Source: Eledone cirrhosa
Lineage: Eukaryota
NCBI GenBank assembly: GCA_964016885.1
Contig: OZ024742.1
Span: 276,086,001-276,150,000 of the forward strand
Direction: 5' to 3'
Length of the DNA stretch: 64,000 nt
In this document: piece after piece, positions 12,211 to 24,170 of the stretch
Layout of the letters: each line of letters starts with the position of its first letter
Numbering within the stretch: the first letter of the stretch is position 1
Translations under genes and position numbers: made by a program
Notes under the pieces: model-generated
Database searches by the model: none
Seen by the model: only the letters and a program-made list of their open reading frames with translations
What the model was told of the DNA's origin: nothing

Positions 12211-12486
12211 CATAACACATATAATATATATGATGATTATGTTTTTCAATAAAAAGCTCAATGGACCATGGTCCAGAGCATTTTCCACCTTAAAGTATGT
12301 AGTTTTTCCTGAATATTATGTGCTTTATATATGTGTACAAAATACTGTGTTTCTCAAACGATATATGGCTCTTGCTCTCTATATATACATATATTTTTTA
12401 ATTTGAATTATTGATGCTCTGGGCCAAGGTCCATTGAGCTTTTTTTATTCAGAAACATAATCATCATCCATATTATATATGTTATG
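12211..12486. repeat. Inverted-repeat element (~70-bp arms, ~130-bp spacer)
   Basis: 12211-12281 is the reverse complement of 12414-12486 with few mismatches. Confidence 0.85.
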
Positions 12487-12522
12487 TTATCTTACTTAAC
12501 ATAGCAAATATAATATATTTAT

Positions 12523-12592
<70 letters not shown>

Positions 12593-13151
12593 ATGCACGC
12601 ATGCACACACACATATATATGAAAATGTACATACATGATATGGAGAAACGCCTTAGCTTGTGTGTATGTGTACATCTGTGTGTAATATTTGAATCTCTGA
12701 AAGGGGCATTCTAGAATAATCAAAGCTAGGGAAAGGAAAGGAGAGGGAGAAAAGAGGCAATAAGGAAGTTTTCCCTCTTTTTAATCTCCTACCCCATTTA
12801 AGATATCACCACACCATCACAACCGCCACCACCAACAACAACAACAAAGGTCTGTTGAGAACAAGTCAGTGCAATATATATCACCACACACACACACAAA
12901 CAAACACATCACTGTATAAATAAACTTGTTATTTGAAGTCAGAAGTAGGAAAGCCTATACATGGTTATTCAACATGCAAGAAATAACAGCCAAATCTCCC
13001 TCAAATTACACCCATATTTTTTTAATGGATGTCTTAGATACACTATTTGGATAGTGGCATTACGGTTGGAAACCCTGATCAATAGATGTCAGTTAGGAGG
13101 ACTAACCTGGGTGTAACCAACAACTTGGTGATAAGATACTAGATTTGTAAA

Positions 13152-13366
13152 CCCTCTGGTACAATATCATCTAAAACTACCCCTGGTTTATGGTACTAAG
13201 CTGTTTATCTAAAAACCTTCCATCATAATTTTGTGTAAGAACCTTTAGTAACTTATGCTCATAATATCAACTAAATAATGAGAAATCCTTGCAAATTCTT
13301 GATTATTTTCAAATAATTTAAAAATCATAATTATTGTCTTTCATTGGAAAAATGAGAATGAAAGGG
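13152..13366 (+). mobile_element. piggyBac-like MITE
   Basis: Ends CCCT ... AAAGGG followed by TTAA (left flank TAAA). The body recurs at ~6380, ~17200 and ~25450. Confidence 0.65.
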
Positions 13367-13488
13367 TTAATAGTCATGTGGACAAAGCACGAATGCCACC
13401 AATTCTTCCAACGAGGTCATTCGCGTTTGTAGAAATAACAGCCAGATCTCTTTCTTCAAATCACGAAACCACACCCTACTGTCTTAAA

Positions 13489-13675
13489 TAATTGTTTCTA
13501 CTTTTGGAACAAGGCCAACAATTAACCAGTACATTACTGGTACTTTATTTTATTGACCCCGTAAGGTGGAAAGGCAAAGTTAACCTCAACGGGATTTGAA
13601 CTCAGACCGTAAAGGGACGTAACTAGGCTGGAAATATGGCGTCCGACCCACCACCGATACTGCCAATTCACCGTC
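13489..13675 (-). mobile_element. tRNA-derived SINE
   Basis: Reverse complement of the 11670-11855 family (GGGATTTGAACTCAG, AAAGGCAAAGTT). Confidence 0.8.
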
Positions 13676-14647
13676 CTACTGTCTTAAATAATGATTATCT
13701 AATCGTCCATAGTTTCATATATGTGCAGTCACTCGCTCAATCAACTGAACAGCGACCAGCTCATGAATTAACGTTCCACATATACGTGTACCCTCAACGT
13801 GAGCCAGATCAGCATGCCGCAATATGACAAGGCTGGAACTTTTGAATGCAAGTGCAGTCATGTATTATAGTCAACTCCGCAACCAACTACCCACCACCAC
13901 CAATACCACTGACAACACCACCGACAATACCCCCAACAACCCAACACCACAGGGGTGAAAGGCAATGAAATAAGGGTACAGAAGATAAAAAGGTTCTGTT
14001 CTTATCTTGACAGGGGATAACAATGTTTCAGTCATAGGTTCAGTACTGGAATTTAATCTCCTGGCACACACACATACACAATTATATACCTACACATACA
14101 CATTTACAATAATAATAAATAAAAAAACAAATACATAATCATACACATATATATATACAGACACACAAAAGAGCCGTTAAGGGTTCAAGCTGATGGAGTT
14201 CACACGTTTGATTTACATGTAAACTGAGGAAAAGAGAGAAATCAGCATGGACACCACCACGACTACTATAACTTCGACCTCTACTACCATCAAAGCCCTC
14301 AGCACTTTCATCACTGTTATACAAAATTAATAACTTATATAAAATTCCCTTGAAATATAATGAAATAATGGTAATATTTCAATAAAGTCAAACGTTACAA
14401 AAGACGACAATCAATGTTTAAATTATGTGAACATAATATTACATCCGCACATCAAGTTAGCAAAGGAGAGTTGCAAATTTGTGGAGGCGAGAAAAATGGC
14501 GAATTCACGTGGATATTCGTATTGAATATGGCATTATATATATAACAACAGATTTCACAATAAAATAGAAGAAATGTGTATAGTTTGATTTCCCCTTTGA
14601 ATAGAAATTGTTTAAATACTGATTGTTGTGACCTGTAATTAAAATAA

Positions 14648-14955
14648 TAATGGTTTCTGATATAGACACAAGGCCAGCAATTTTGGAGAGGTAAAAGTCG
14701 ATTAAATTGACCACATCGCGTGATTGGTACTTTATTGTATCGACTTCGTAAAGATGAAAAGCAAAGCTAATCTAGTTTCTAATTTAGGCACAAGCCCAGT
14801 AATGTTAGAGAGTGTTAAGTCGATTAAATGGATCCTTGACTGGTTCTATAGTGTATCGAGTCTGGAAGGATGAAATGCAAAGTTGACTTCTCCGGAATTT
14901 GATCTTAAATAACTGGAAAAATACCGCAAAGCATTTTATCTGACACTCTCACCAC
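14648..14955 (-). mobile_element. Two tandem SINE fragments
   Basis: Two copies of GTTTCT ... CACAAG.CCAG ... GATGAAA.GCAAAG. Confidence 0.7.
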
Positions 14956-15074
14956 CAATAATCGCTTCTATAATAAGTAAATAATTTATTCCTTAATTCC
15001 ATAAATATTTCACATAAAAATATAGAATCAAAACGAAAGAAAATATTAAATCAACAATAATTGTGTCAATCAGT

Positions 15075-15275
15075 CATACACCACAATACTTTTTGAGGAA
15101 AGCCAACACGCTCGCAGCATTATCGCGGGTATAGTGAGGCGAAGGCACTGGAACAGCCAAGCACCCTTACAGGGCATCACCTGACGCTTCGGTTAGACGA
15201 GCTGCCAACAATGACAAGAACTTCGTTGTCAGCGGCCCAGTTCCTCCAAACGTTGCGAACGCTACAAACTGGAAA
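15075..15275 (-). pseudogene. CRE-clade non-LTR retrotransposon C-terminal (RLE) fragment
   Basis: Translates FQFVAFATFGGTGPLTTKFLSLLAARLTEASGD ... WLFQCL ... RDNAASVLA, matching the P.A.ET.G..G ... FL.QRLS.A.QRGNA..V motif. Confidence 0.7.
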
Positions 15276-15557
15276 AATAGTTGGTTGATAATTCCCGGTC
15301 TTTTTTTTTTTATTTTATTCCATTCAGCTATGAAAACAATGATCCTCACGTTTATCGCAGTATCCAGGATGTAGGGAAGAGTAAAAAAAATCACTGACTG
15401 TGGCGACCCAAATGAAACATCTACCTCTTACCCAGGAACAAAGGGTAAGACCATCTAGTCTCGTTACATTAACTCTAGATAATCCAGTCAGCTCTAGAAC
15501 TAAGGGGATATTCACTCGAACCAGGGCCCGTTTAATCATTAAGTTTAGATCAGTATA

Positions 15558-15820
15558 ATAATTGTTTCTACAATAGGCACAAGGCCAGCAATTATTTCAG
15601 TGTATTACTGGTACTTTATTTTATCGACCGCCGTTAGGATGAAAGGCAAAGTTATAATAATGGTTTCTAATTTTTGGCACAAGGCTAGCAATTTGGAGAA
15701 GAAGAGAAAGTCGATTATATCAACACCAGTACTTGACTAGTGTCGACCCTAGAAGAACGAAAGGCAAAGTTGACCTCGACGGGATTTGAACTCGACACTC
15801 TAACGACTCTGCTAATTCAA
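15558..15820 (-). mobile_element. Two SINE fragments
   Basis: Reverse copies of the 11670 family. Confidence 0.75.
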
Positions 15821-16064
15821 CATTTTTAGTGGTGTATAAAGCAGCATTGCCTGTTAGACGGGTTGTTGTGGTATACATATATCGATTATTTTGCTGTTTT
15901 CTATTAATCATGCTTAAGGCCAATGTTTGCACGGAGAGAGAGCGCAATGGTGTATAATCGATTAAACTAAGTAGTTCCGAATGTGATCAGTTGGACTTAC
16001 ATATAGAAAGAAATTGGTATATAAATGTACACACATACGTGTGTGTGTGTGTGTGTGTACACAA

Positions 16065-16260
16065 AAGGTTATCAATTAGTTTAACGTTTCTGGCGTTAGT
16101 CCTTCATTGAGAGATAGAATGTAGAAGAAGAAATAAAATGACGAGAATATGAAAAGAAAGTAACGGGAAAGCATTTTCTCAGGAGGAAAAGTGTGAGAGA
16201 GAGAGACATTGAGGAAGTGTTTTCTGCTACAGCCTTCTGTCATGTAGCAACCTGCTCCGG
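16065..16260 (-). mobile_element. Penelope-like pLTR fragment with decayed hammerhead
   Basis: Reverse complement CATTCTATCTCTCAATGAAGGACTAACGCCAGAAACGTTAAAC aligns with 23224-23265 and 45576-45618. Confidence 0.55.
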
Positions 16261-16319
16261 GCAAGGAATCCACTGAGTCCAGTATTTATGAATATGGCAA
16301 AACATTGAGGATAAATTTA

Positions 16320-17190
16320 GATTTTTAAGCAGCACAATTAACATGACAAACACCCTTGACGATGAAATCTCTTTACGACTAAACAAAGTTAGTCTTTTGC
16401 TAAATTAGATGGGCGTCTCTGGAGTTTACGTGGGGTTTCCATTGATACAAAGTTAAAGGGGGCTACAGAACATGTGTATTGTCTTCATTGTTGTATGCAT
16501 GTGAAACTTGGGTTCCATACCAGCGAAATATAAAAATGCCTGAACATTTTCATCGTGTCTTCGCCGAATATTCGATTGGCGATCACATATGAGTGATAAT
16601 TTAAAATAGATTGCGCTGAACTTGCCATGTTGTAAGAATGCCAGATCATCGTATTCCAAAGCAATTACTAGACGGAGGAGTTAGTCAAAGGTAAACGGCC
16701 AAAGCATAAACCAAAACACAAGTATAAAGACTGCATCAAAAGAGCTTTGATAAAGTCAAAAATCAGAGAAGATAACTGAGAAGACATTGCCTTAGATCGA
16801 TCATCTTGGCGGAAAACAGCGTCTAATGGAAAACAGGAATTTGAAAAATTAAAGAGGGGACTACACAATATTACTTTACCTGGATTTTCAGACGTCCAAA
16901 ATGACTTTATGTGCAATGAGTGTGGCCAGATTTGTCTCAGCAAAGCTGGTCTTAGAAGTGATCATAGAAGCCATGTACAAAATGTTTCCGATTATGGTCT
17001 CTTTGGCATTTCTTCCTGTCGGAAATGTGGAAAACAATGAGACTCGACCGGTGGACCACAACGTCATTTGTAAACTCACCAAAATAGGGAACCAAAGCGG
17101 AAGTAACGTTAATCACTGCAGCATATACAGAAAGGAATGTAAATCCTTGTAAGGCTAAAGAACTATGTCCATGCCATCCATGTGTGAGTA
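16320..17190 (+). pseudogene. RTE (BovB-like) 3' fragment with C2H2 zinc fingers
   Basis: DDEISLRL, ELVKGKRPKHKPK.KYKD and CNECGQICLSKAGLRS..RSH. Homologous to 43783-44822. Confidence 0.8.
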
Positions 17191-17199
17191 AGGGATTGA

Positions 17200-17462
17200 A
17201 CCCTTTTGATTACAAACTGTCTGAAATCGCCCCTATTTCTACGATACAAAGCTGTTTATTTTAAAGCGTTTATATTTATCTAACAAAAACTATAATTATA
17301 ATTTTATGTCAGAACCTTTAAGTTATGTTCCAAATACCAACTTAATATTGACAAAGTTAGTTATATTAATAAATCCCCACCAATTTTTAATTATTTTCAA
17401 AATAGTTTGAAAATCATAGGTGGTGTTTTTTTTTAAATTAGAAATATAGCAACAAAAGAGTA
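17200..17462 (+). mobile_element. piggyBac-like MITE
   Basis: Starts CCCTTTT and shares its body with 13152-13366. Confidence 0.55.
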
Positions 17463-18247
17463 AAAATACCGTACCATTTCCTAATTGCCCCCCCCCCCCC
17501 CCCCCGGTAGTTCGCATATTTTTACCTTTCACCACCATATGCTTGTACGGTTTCACCTGAAGTCGCTGTTCTTCTAGTTCAAAATATATAGTTACCAATG
17601 CGTAACCAGGTTTTCTCGTTGCTTTGGTCCTTGCGGCTGGCTCACCGGTCGCAATCTTCAATTTGTCAAGCTGTCTAAACATAATGTTATTACTCTAAGG
17701 TAATACCTTATCTACCTTATTGAGTGCTTAGCTGTACATTCCGGATTGCATTCGTTAGTAAGGCCGCAGCCAGAGCTTCCATCCTACTGAACTTCCATTT
17801 GTGTATATATATATATATATATATATATAGGATAACAAATTATCGCTATAGGTAACCCAGTTAGAGATTATGAATACTCCGTATTGTGGATAGTTTTAGC
17901 GTACGGCGTTGTTTGACTCAACAAGAGGTTTCCTTAGGTAGCGAGTTTGTGAGTTCTCGGGAATGCTTATGCAAGTTAATCTTGGAGTAATAATAGTGAA
18001 AGGGTGAAGAATAACATGGTCAACAGTACAAACAGGGTTTTATCTGTGCTCTCCATTATATTACATCGAGGTTCACCACTGGATAGAACTGGTCATTCCG
18101 TATGGTCAACCTCGATGTAATATTATGGAGAGCACAGACTTAATAATCAACACTTGAGGGCGGCCGACTGAGGTAGAAGCTGGTAAATAGTCGATCGTCC
18201 TCTTGTCTCTGATTTTCAGCCCCATGGATTTTATCTGTTATATTTGA

Positions 18248-18305
18248 ATACTTGATGATGTCACCGGATTCATACTGAACCCGGTCATTGAAATGATCAT
18301 AGTAT
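18248..18305 (+). ncRNA. Degenerate hammerhead motif (C3U)
   Basis: ATAC-TTGATGA-stem II (ACCGG..TTC/GAA.CCGGT)-GAA-ATGATCAT-A-GTAT. Confidence 0.55.
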
Positions 18306-18354
18306 AATAAACCTTTCAAGGATTTACACCAGTCTAGCCTCCTGTTATTTTATA

Positions 18355-18622
18355 ATTATATATATTTATACACACACAAACAGATTATACATATATATAC
18401 ACACACACACACAGATTATACATATATATATACACACACATTATATATCTATCTATATATACATATATATATATATACACACGCACACATATATCTATAT
18501 ATATATATACATATACACACGCACACATTATATATCTCTATATATATACACACACACATATATATATATACACACACACACACATATCTCTCTATATATA
18601 TACATATACACACACACATATC

Positions 18623-18654
<32 letters not shown>

Positions 18655-18780
18655 TATCTCTCTATATATATACATATACACACACACACATATCTATATA
18701 TATATACATATACACACACACACATCTATATATATATACATATATATACACACACACACATCTATATATATATACATATA
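18355..18780. repeat. Compound (TA)n/(CA)n microsatellite with ~35-bp higher periodicity
   Basis: Alternating TA and CA blocks. Confidence 0.95.
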
Positions 18781-18822
18781 GTTAAATAAAAGTCAAATGA
18801 TTAAAATTTAGCTTCGTTTATT

Positions 18823-18877
18823 ACTGCTATATATATTTCAGTGACAGCCATCTTTGGCTGTGACCTCTTCAGGCAGT
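18823..18877 (-). ncRNA. Minimal type-I hammerhead ribozyme, canonical core
   Basis: Reverse complement reads ACTGC-CTGAAGA-GGTCACAGCC AAAGAT GGCTGTCACT-GAA-ATATATAT-A^GCAGT. It lies in a ~170-bp island between (TA)n tracts. Confidence 0.85.
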
Positions 18878-19649
18878 TTGAATTAGTATGGTATAGACAA
18901 GTACATATGTTGTTTAGGTGTATGATATTGTCAACCAACATAAACTCAAAATCTATATATACATATATATACACACACACACATCTATATATATATACAT
19001 ATATACACACACATCTATATATATACATATATATATATATATAATATATATATAAGTACACAAACACACATAGACATACACGTTTGTGTTTCGTGTGAAG
19101 AATTAGAAAATATATGATGGGTCATGGCATATAGACACACTTAGTAGCCTCTTCAAAGGCGTGCGTGACCGTGACCACACTGTGATTGTGATAAGAATAC
19201 AAGGTGTACGTGACTGCATCAAGGTTATCATGTAAGAACGATAGAGTACAATGCCTAATTCCATCAATCTACTAAATAAACACGTGGTAGTATTGGAATC
19301 ATTTATGTTTTCTTAGGGGAGTGGGTGATAAAAAGTAAACAATACAGCTATCTTTCTGTTTATATCCATTGTCTATATCTATCGACCTGCCCCACACATA
19401 CACTCATACATGTGTGTGTGCATGTTATTAATTGAAAGACCAGAAAGACCACTGTTTAACTTAATACTCTATACATTAAGGAAAGTAGAATATATATATT
19501 ATTTATAAATGTAGACCTATGGTCAAGCTTGAATCGTTGGCATTAACTATATAAAATTATATTTATATATGTATGTGTGTGTTAGTGGGAGAATTAAGGA
19601 GTATAATTTCGTTTATATACCCATCAATACAATTTAAAGCATGTGCTGA

Positions 19650-20420
19650 CGTCTGTTTGTCTCGCACAAACGGTGCATCCCACGGCTTAGCAGTTCGGCA
19701 ACATTGGTGTATGTCGCCCATCGATTCCCCAACCACTCTACTCAACACTGCTCTGTCTCAGGCATCAATTTACACCACGGGTCCCCAACCACTGGCATCG
19801 GGAATGAGCAGAACTTAATTTTTCGCCTTGAAACTACTTTCTCGAATGGACTTAATTCCCCCATCCCAATTACTTTAACCTCCCTTTATCTTTGCTTTCA
19901 CACGCACACACGACCCCTGCCACTACACACTCACAACACCCGTATATACCACTCAACACACATCACCCTGAAATTCCTATTCACACACATGAATATCTAC
20001 CCTATTGAATCCATCGGTCCAACCACACACAAGATGTAGCTTTCCATAGACACATATGGTTGCATCATATACGCATTCATCTGCATCCAGTCATTATAAG
20101 ACCAACTACACCACTCCCCCTACATATTTTGATGCATGCACCGGCACACACACTCTCGCTTGATGGTGCATGTGTGCTTGTATCTCCTGTTCGCGTGACA
20201 CCAGGTACCGAGACTATAGAGCCCTCCGTGTTTAATGTTTCCCAACATTTACTCCACCCCCGCCATTTCCCGGTTCTATCCACCACCATGAACGCAGTGA
20301 CTCACCGTAGTTCAGCCGTTTACGGTTGTACTGTTATATCGGCGCACCCAAAGCCAAACAGGTTCTCTTACGGCCACATAACAAGGCGCCGTTTTATTCG
20401 CTACCATATTTTCTCTACAA
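19650..20420 (+). mobile_element. Penelope-like element 3' fragment (end of GIY-YIG domain + 3' UTR)
   Basis: ORF 19704 begins VAHRFPNHSTQHCSVSGINLHHG ... EQNLIFRLETTFSNGLN, typical of the PLE GIY-YIG C-terminus (E..LIFRL.T..P.GLN). Confidence 0.7.
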
Positions 20421-20458
20421 GACTGTTTCTGTATGTGTGTGCTAGTATGTGTACACAG

Positions 20459-20490
<32 letters not shown>

Positions 20491-20496
<6 letters not shown>

Positions 20497-21515
20497 CGTA
20501 AAATAAGAAAATTTTTTTTAAAAATTAAAAAAAAAATTAACTTACTTACTTATATTTTCACTCCAACTAATTAGTTTCTGCAATGGGATAAAGACAGTTA
20601 CGTAATGAACTGTTGAGAATTTCATTGCGTCATCAGGGAGGTCATTCTCAGCCAAGTCTATGAGTCCCCAGTGTCCGCGCATTGCCTGGAGACTTGGCTG
20701 AGAATGACCTCCCTGATGACGCAATGAAATTCTCAACAGTTCATTACGTAACTGTCTTTATCCCATTGCAGAAACTAATTAGTTGGAGTGAAAATTTAAG
20801 TAAGTAAGTTAATTTTTTTAACAAATTTTCTTATTTTACGTCTTTTATATTATTGTTCTGCATTCTCCTGCATTGAACCACCTAGGTACTATGACATAAC
20901 CTGTGTATTTGCTGGCATTAGCGTACATCTGTGCGCTTATGTTAGTAGATATATTAAATTATCTATATTTATCTCCAAATCACTGATTTGTCGAACAAAC
21001 CTGCCAAAACCACTTCTAAATTTTTGGGGGGTGTTAGTAGGCGTCTGTCATCTTACCATCCCGTTCCTACTGACTAGCCTCTGTGTCACGTGATTGATTC
21101 TTTAGAATCGGCCATATGACCAGTGGCAGTAAGAATTTTCAGTAGCTGGAATCCAGTCCTCGATAGCTGTTCCATTTACCGAATTATTATTATTTTTATA
21201 TGAGTCCCCAGTGTCCGCGCATTGCCTGGAGACTTGGCTGAGAATGACCTCCCTGATGACGCAATGAAATTCTCAACAGTTCATTACGTAACTGTCTTTA
21301 TCCCATTGCAGAAACTAATTAGTTGGAGTGAAAATTTAAGTAAGTTAATTTTTTTTATTTTTTTTTTTTTTAATTTTCTTATTTTACGTCTTTTATATTA
21401 TTGTTCTGCATTCTCCTGCATTGAACCACCTAGGTACTATGACATAACCTGTGTATTTGCTGGCATTAGCGTACATCTGTGCGCTTATGTTAGTAGATAT
21501 ATTAAATTATCTATA
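20491..21515 (+). mobile_element. ORF-less pLTR-type element: 170-bp inverted arm + 1.6 copies of a 540-bp unit, within (TA)n
   Basis: 20491-20659 is the reverse complement of 20690-20850. TATGAGTCCCCAG starts at 20659 and again at 21199 (period 540). Confidence 0.85.
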
Positions 21516-21634
21516 TATATATATATATATATATATAGTGGTGGAACACTGGAAGGTAATATCCGTAGTGGTAGAGCACTCAGTCCAAGGGACGAGTTAG
21601 GTAGAAGTGGTTACACAACAGTTAGTTCACCATA

Positions 21635-21674
21635 CCGAGAACAATTGTTTCACTTTCGCGGATCTTCAGCTCGG
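21635..21674 (-). ncRNA. Minimal hammerhead ribozyme (pLTR copy)
   Basis: Reverse complement reads CCGAG-CTGAAGA-TCCGCGAAAGT-GAA-ACAATTGT-T^CTCGG. Stem II is weak. Confidence 0.75.
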
Positions 21675-22564
21675 GATGTGTATGGTTATAGGAACAGGAA
21701 GGACGAACGCGCATGCGCAGAAACTCGGTCACTTCACACAGGCAGTACTAGACTGCGTGCGGGAGATAACTGCGAAAGTCCGGAAAGTTTTTAGGTTGAA
21801 AATAAAATTACAAAGAATCAGTCCGGAGCCTTGTAGTTATGCAATAGATGTTTGGTGACGTGTGGACAACGTGTGAAAAATTCACTTCTCGTGTTTAGGC
21901 AATCACTATTGCGTCATCTCTTTAGGATAGATATTCATTCGTCAATACATAAGCCACACGTCGGATTTCCCCTTTCGTATGGCTTGGACTTAGTGATGGC
22001 TTTCCATTGAATGGCTATACTTGAGTCCTTGAGGGACCATACGTGGCTCGCGAGTCTCGTGGATGAACGTCTGTCCGGGTATCTGAAGGTAGACTGGTGG
22101 TTCAGGAAACGCTCCTTGAATCGGCCCTCCGCCATGCCCACATAGGATTTGACCTCCTGTGGTTCGTTTGGTCGGTTGGAAGTGACCACAGCTTCATAGA
22201 TTACAGCTGGTGTGTTGCATTGTTGTTGAAGGGGGGCAAGCTTCAGGCTTACGGCAAGAGCACCCTGGTGGGGTGTTGCTCCTAGGGCTGCTGGTGATGT
22301 GGGCCTTCATGTTATTAGCGCAGGAGTATCCTAGTTTAACTTTGTGTCGGTTAAAGATGGAGCGGTATTTATGACCTATGGGGAAGTGTCTATCTAAGAG
22401 AGCTAGACATTTTTTTCCTACATTGGTTTTAACGTTGAGTGAGGAGGGAGGAGAGAACCAGATAGTTTGTCTATTGATGCGCTTACTTTTCTTAATGGTG
22501 TTGTTGCTAGTGGGAGAGTAGGTGATAGGTTGTGAGAAGCCGCTGTTAGCCAACCATACACATC

Positions 22565-22604
22565 CCGAGCTGAAGATCCGCGAAGGTGAAACAATTGTTC
22601 TCGG
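22565..22604 (+). ncRNA. Minimal hammerhead ribozyme (inverted pLTR copy)
   Basis: CCGAG-CTGAAGA-TCCGCGAAGGT-GAA-ACAATTGT-T^CTCGG. Confidence 0.75.
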
Positions 22605-22632
22605 TATGGTGAACTAACTGTTGTGTAACCAC

Positions 22633-22690
<58 letters not shown>

Positions 22691-22734
22691 AATATAAGTA
22701 TTAATAAAATAGATGTTCTTTTGATCAATGACAT

Positions 22735-22783
22735 TTTATTATACATATTTCGGATGTACAACAGTACGTCCTCATCAGACAAA
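22735..22783 (-). ncRNA. Minimal hammerhead ribozyme in a solo pLTR fragment (22685-22920)
   Basis: Reverse complement reads TTTGT-CTGATGA-GGACGTAC TGTT GTACATCC-GAA-ATATGTAT-A^ATAAA. Same family as 26650-26709. Confidence 0.85.
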
Positions 22784-22914
22784 TTATGATACATGACATA
22801 CCCTGAGATGTTAAATGGTTAAGATTTAATCAAGGTAGTTTTTCCGTTGATTGCTTCCAATCTACTGTAAAACTCATTCTTTGACATAATCATTGAATAT
22901 TGTTTAACAATTTA

Positions 22915-22956
<42 letters not shown>

Positions 22957-22963
<7 letters not shown>

Positions 22964-23345
22964 ACGTCGGTCATTTCACACGCACGTGCACTCACACCTC
23001 TACGCTCTCACAGCAGCCAGCTCGGTTACTTTCAAACGCCTATCCTTTCCAGCATGCACAAACTAACGAACAAACCAACACACGCGCGTCTACTGAAAAT
23101 ATACACTTTCTAAACCTCTCTCATACCTAAGATATCCACTGACCAGAACCCCCACCCCGCCAAATGGCTGACTGAACACGTTTTTCCTTTCCTTCCTCTT
23201 CTCACTCTCTATCTTTTATTTCTCATTCTACCCTCTGATGAAGGACTAGTGTCTGAAATGTAAATACTCCTATCCTACTATATCAAGCGTTAAACTAATA
23301 TTTTCTTCACTGTACTGTGTTTGCTTTATTTTTTCCTACTTATTT
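22957..23345 (+). mobile_element. Penelope-like pLTR fragment with partial hammerhead (23231-23265)
   Basis: CTGATGA-A-GGAC TAGT GTCT-GAAA, followed by TATCAAGCGTTAA.CTAATA shared with 45520-45705. Confidence 0.6.
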
Positions 23346-23599
23346 TTCATGCGCGCGCACACAATCACACACATCTCTCTCCCTATATATATATGTGTGT
23401 GTGCGTGTGTGTGGTTGTATATATAATTATACGTTTGTAAAAAAAAAAAAAAAAGTATGGGGTGGCGTCGATGGGCATCTAGTCGTAAAAAAAGCATAGT
23501 TTCAGAAAGATCTTGTACAACCCATGCCAGCATAGAAAACTGGTGTAAACCAATGACGATGATGATGGCACTTTCACACGGTATGCTTGCAACGATGAC

Positions 23600-24170
23600 C
23601 ATCTTATCCTTTAACTCTGAATCTTTTGATGAGTGTACATACCAACACTTGATGTGCATTTTCGACCGCATACAAGACATCTGAATATTTAGTTGAGGAG
23701 GCTCGTAGTTAATCTATGTGCATGTCTTCAGCTTCATTTCTCTTTCATGTCTTCAAACCCCATTCCAACAACGAGAACGCCAAAGTGAACAGTTGATACC
23801 AATGCCTTCTATACGTGAAGGATTAATGTTACTCCTCTTCAAATTGATCTTCATCTGATCTTTAGACAGCTTCTTTCGATCCTTAAGTCAAGCGATGATC
23901 GTGTTGTAGCTGACCTTAAAGTATCCAATGCATGGAACGCGAGTCAGATATACGCACTACATGTCTGAACCATCTCAATTGATGCCTATATAGTGTGGAT
24001 ACAATGTTGATGGTGTTTCCCAGTCAGGTGATTGAAAGGATCTGTCGGAGATACTCGATATCAAAAACTTTGAGTGCCTTAATGCGTCAGCAGTATGTGG
24101 TCCAATAACAAAAGCTACAGATGTCTGTCGTGAGGCGCGTGCATACACATACATTAAATACTGACATAAC
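23600..24170 (-). pseudogene. RTE (BovB-like) 3' fragment with C2H2 finger
   Basis: Reverse translation gives HQLRWFRHVVRISDSR, KDQMKINLKR and CLVCGRKCTSSVGMYTHQKI. Confidence 0.75.

Larger units (their letters stand above)
21538..22637 (-). mobile_element. 5'-truncated Penelope-like element with inverted pLTR segment
   Basis: ORFs 22194-22553 (RQTIWFSPP.S.NVKTNVGKK.L.LLDRHFP, CSCRKPEACP) and 21935-22189 (YVGMAEGRFKERFLNH ... CGLCIDE, GIY-YIG). 21602-21688 is inverted at 22552-22637. (TA)n on both sides. Confidence 0.9.

Noticed and set aside
17500-17700. Mariner transposase fragment (RQLDKLK, GEPA, IYFEL) on the minus strand
   Set aside because: The motifs are short and out of their normal order, and no TIRs were seen.
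20190-20225. Hammerhead in the plus-strand Penelope 3' UTR
   Set aside because: Only the CTATAG palindrome and remnants remain, and both core halves are mutated.
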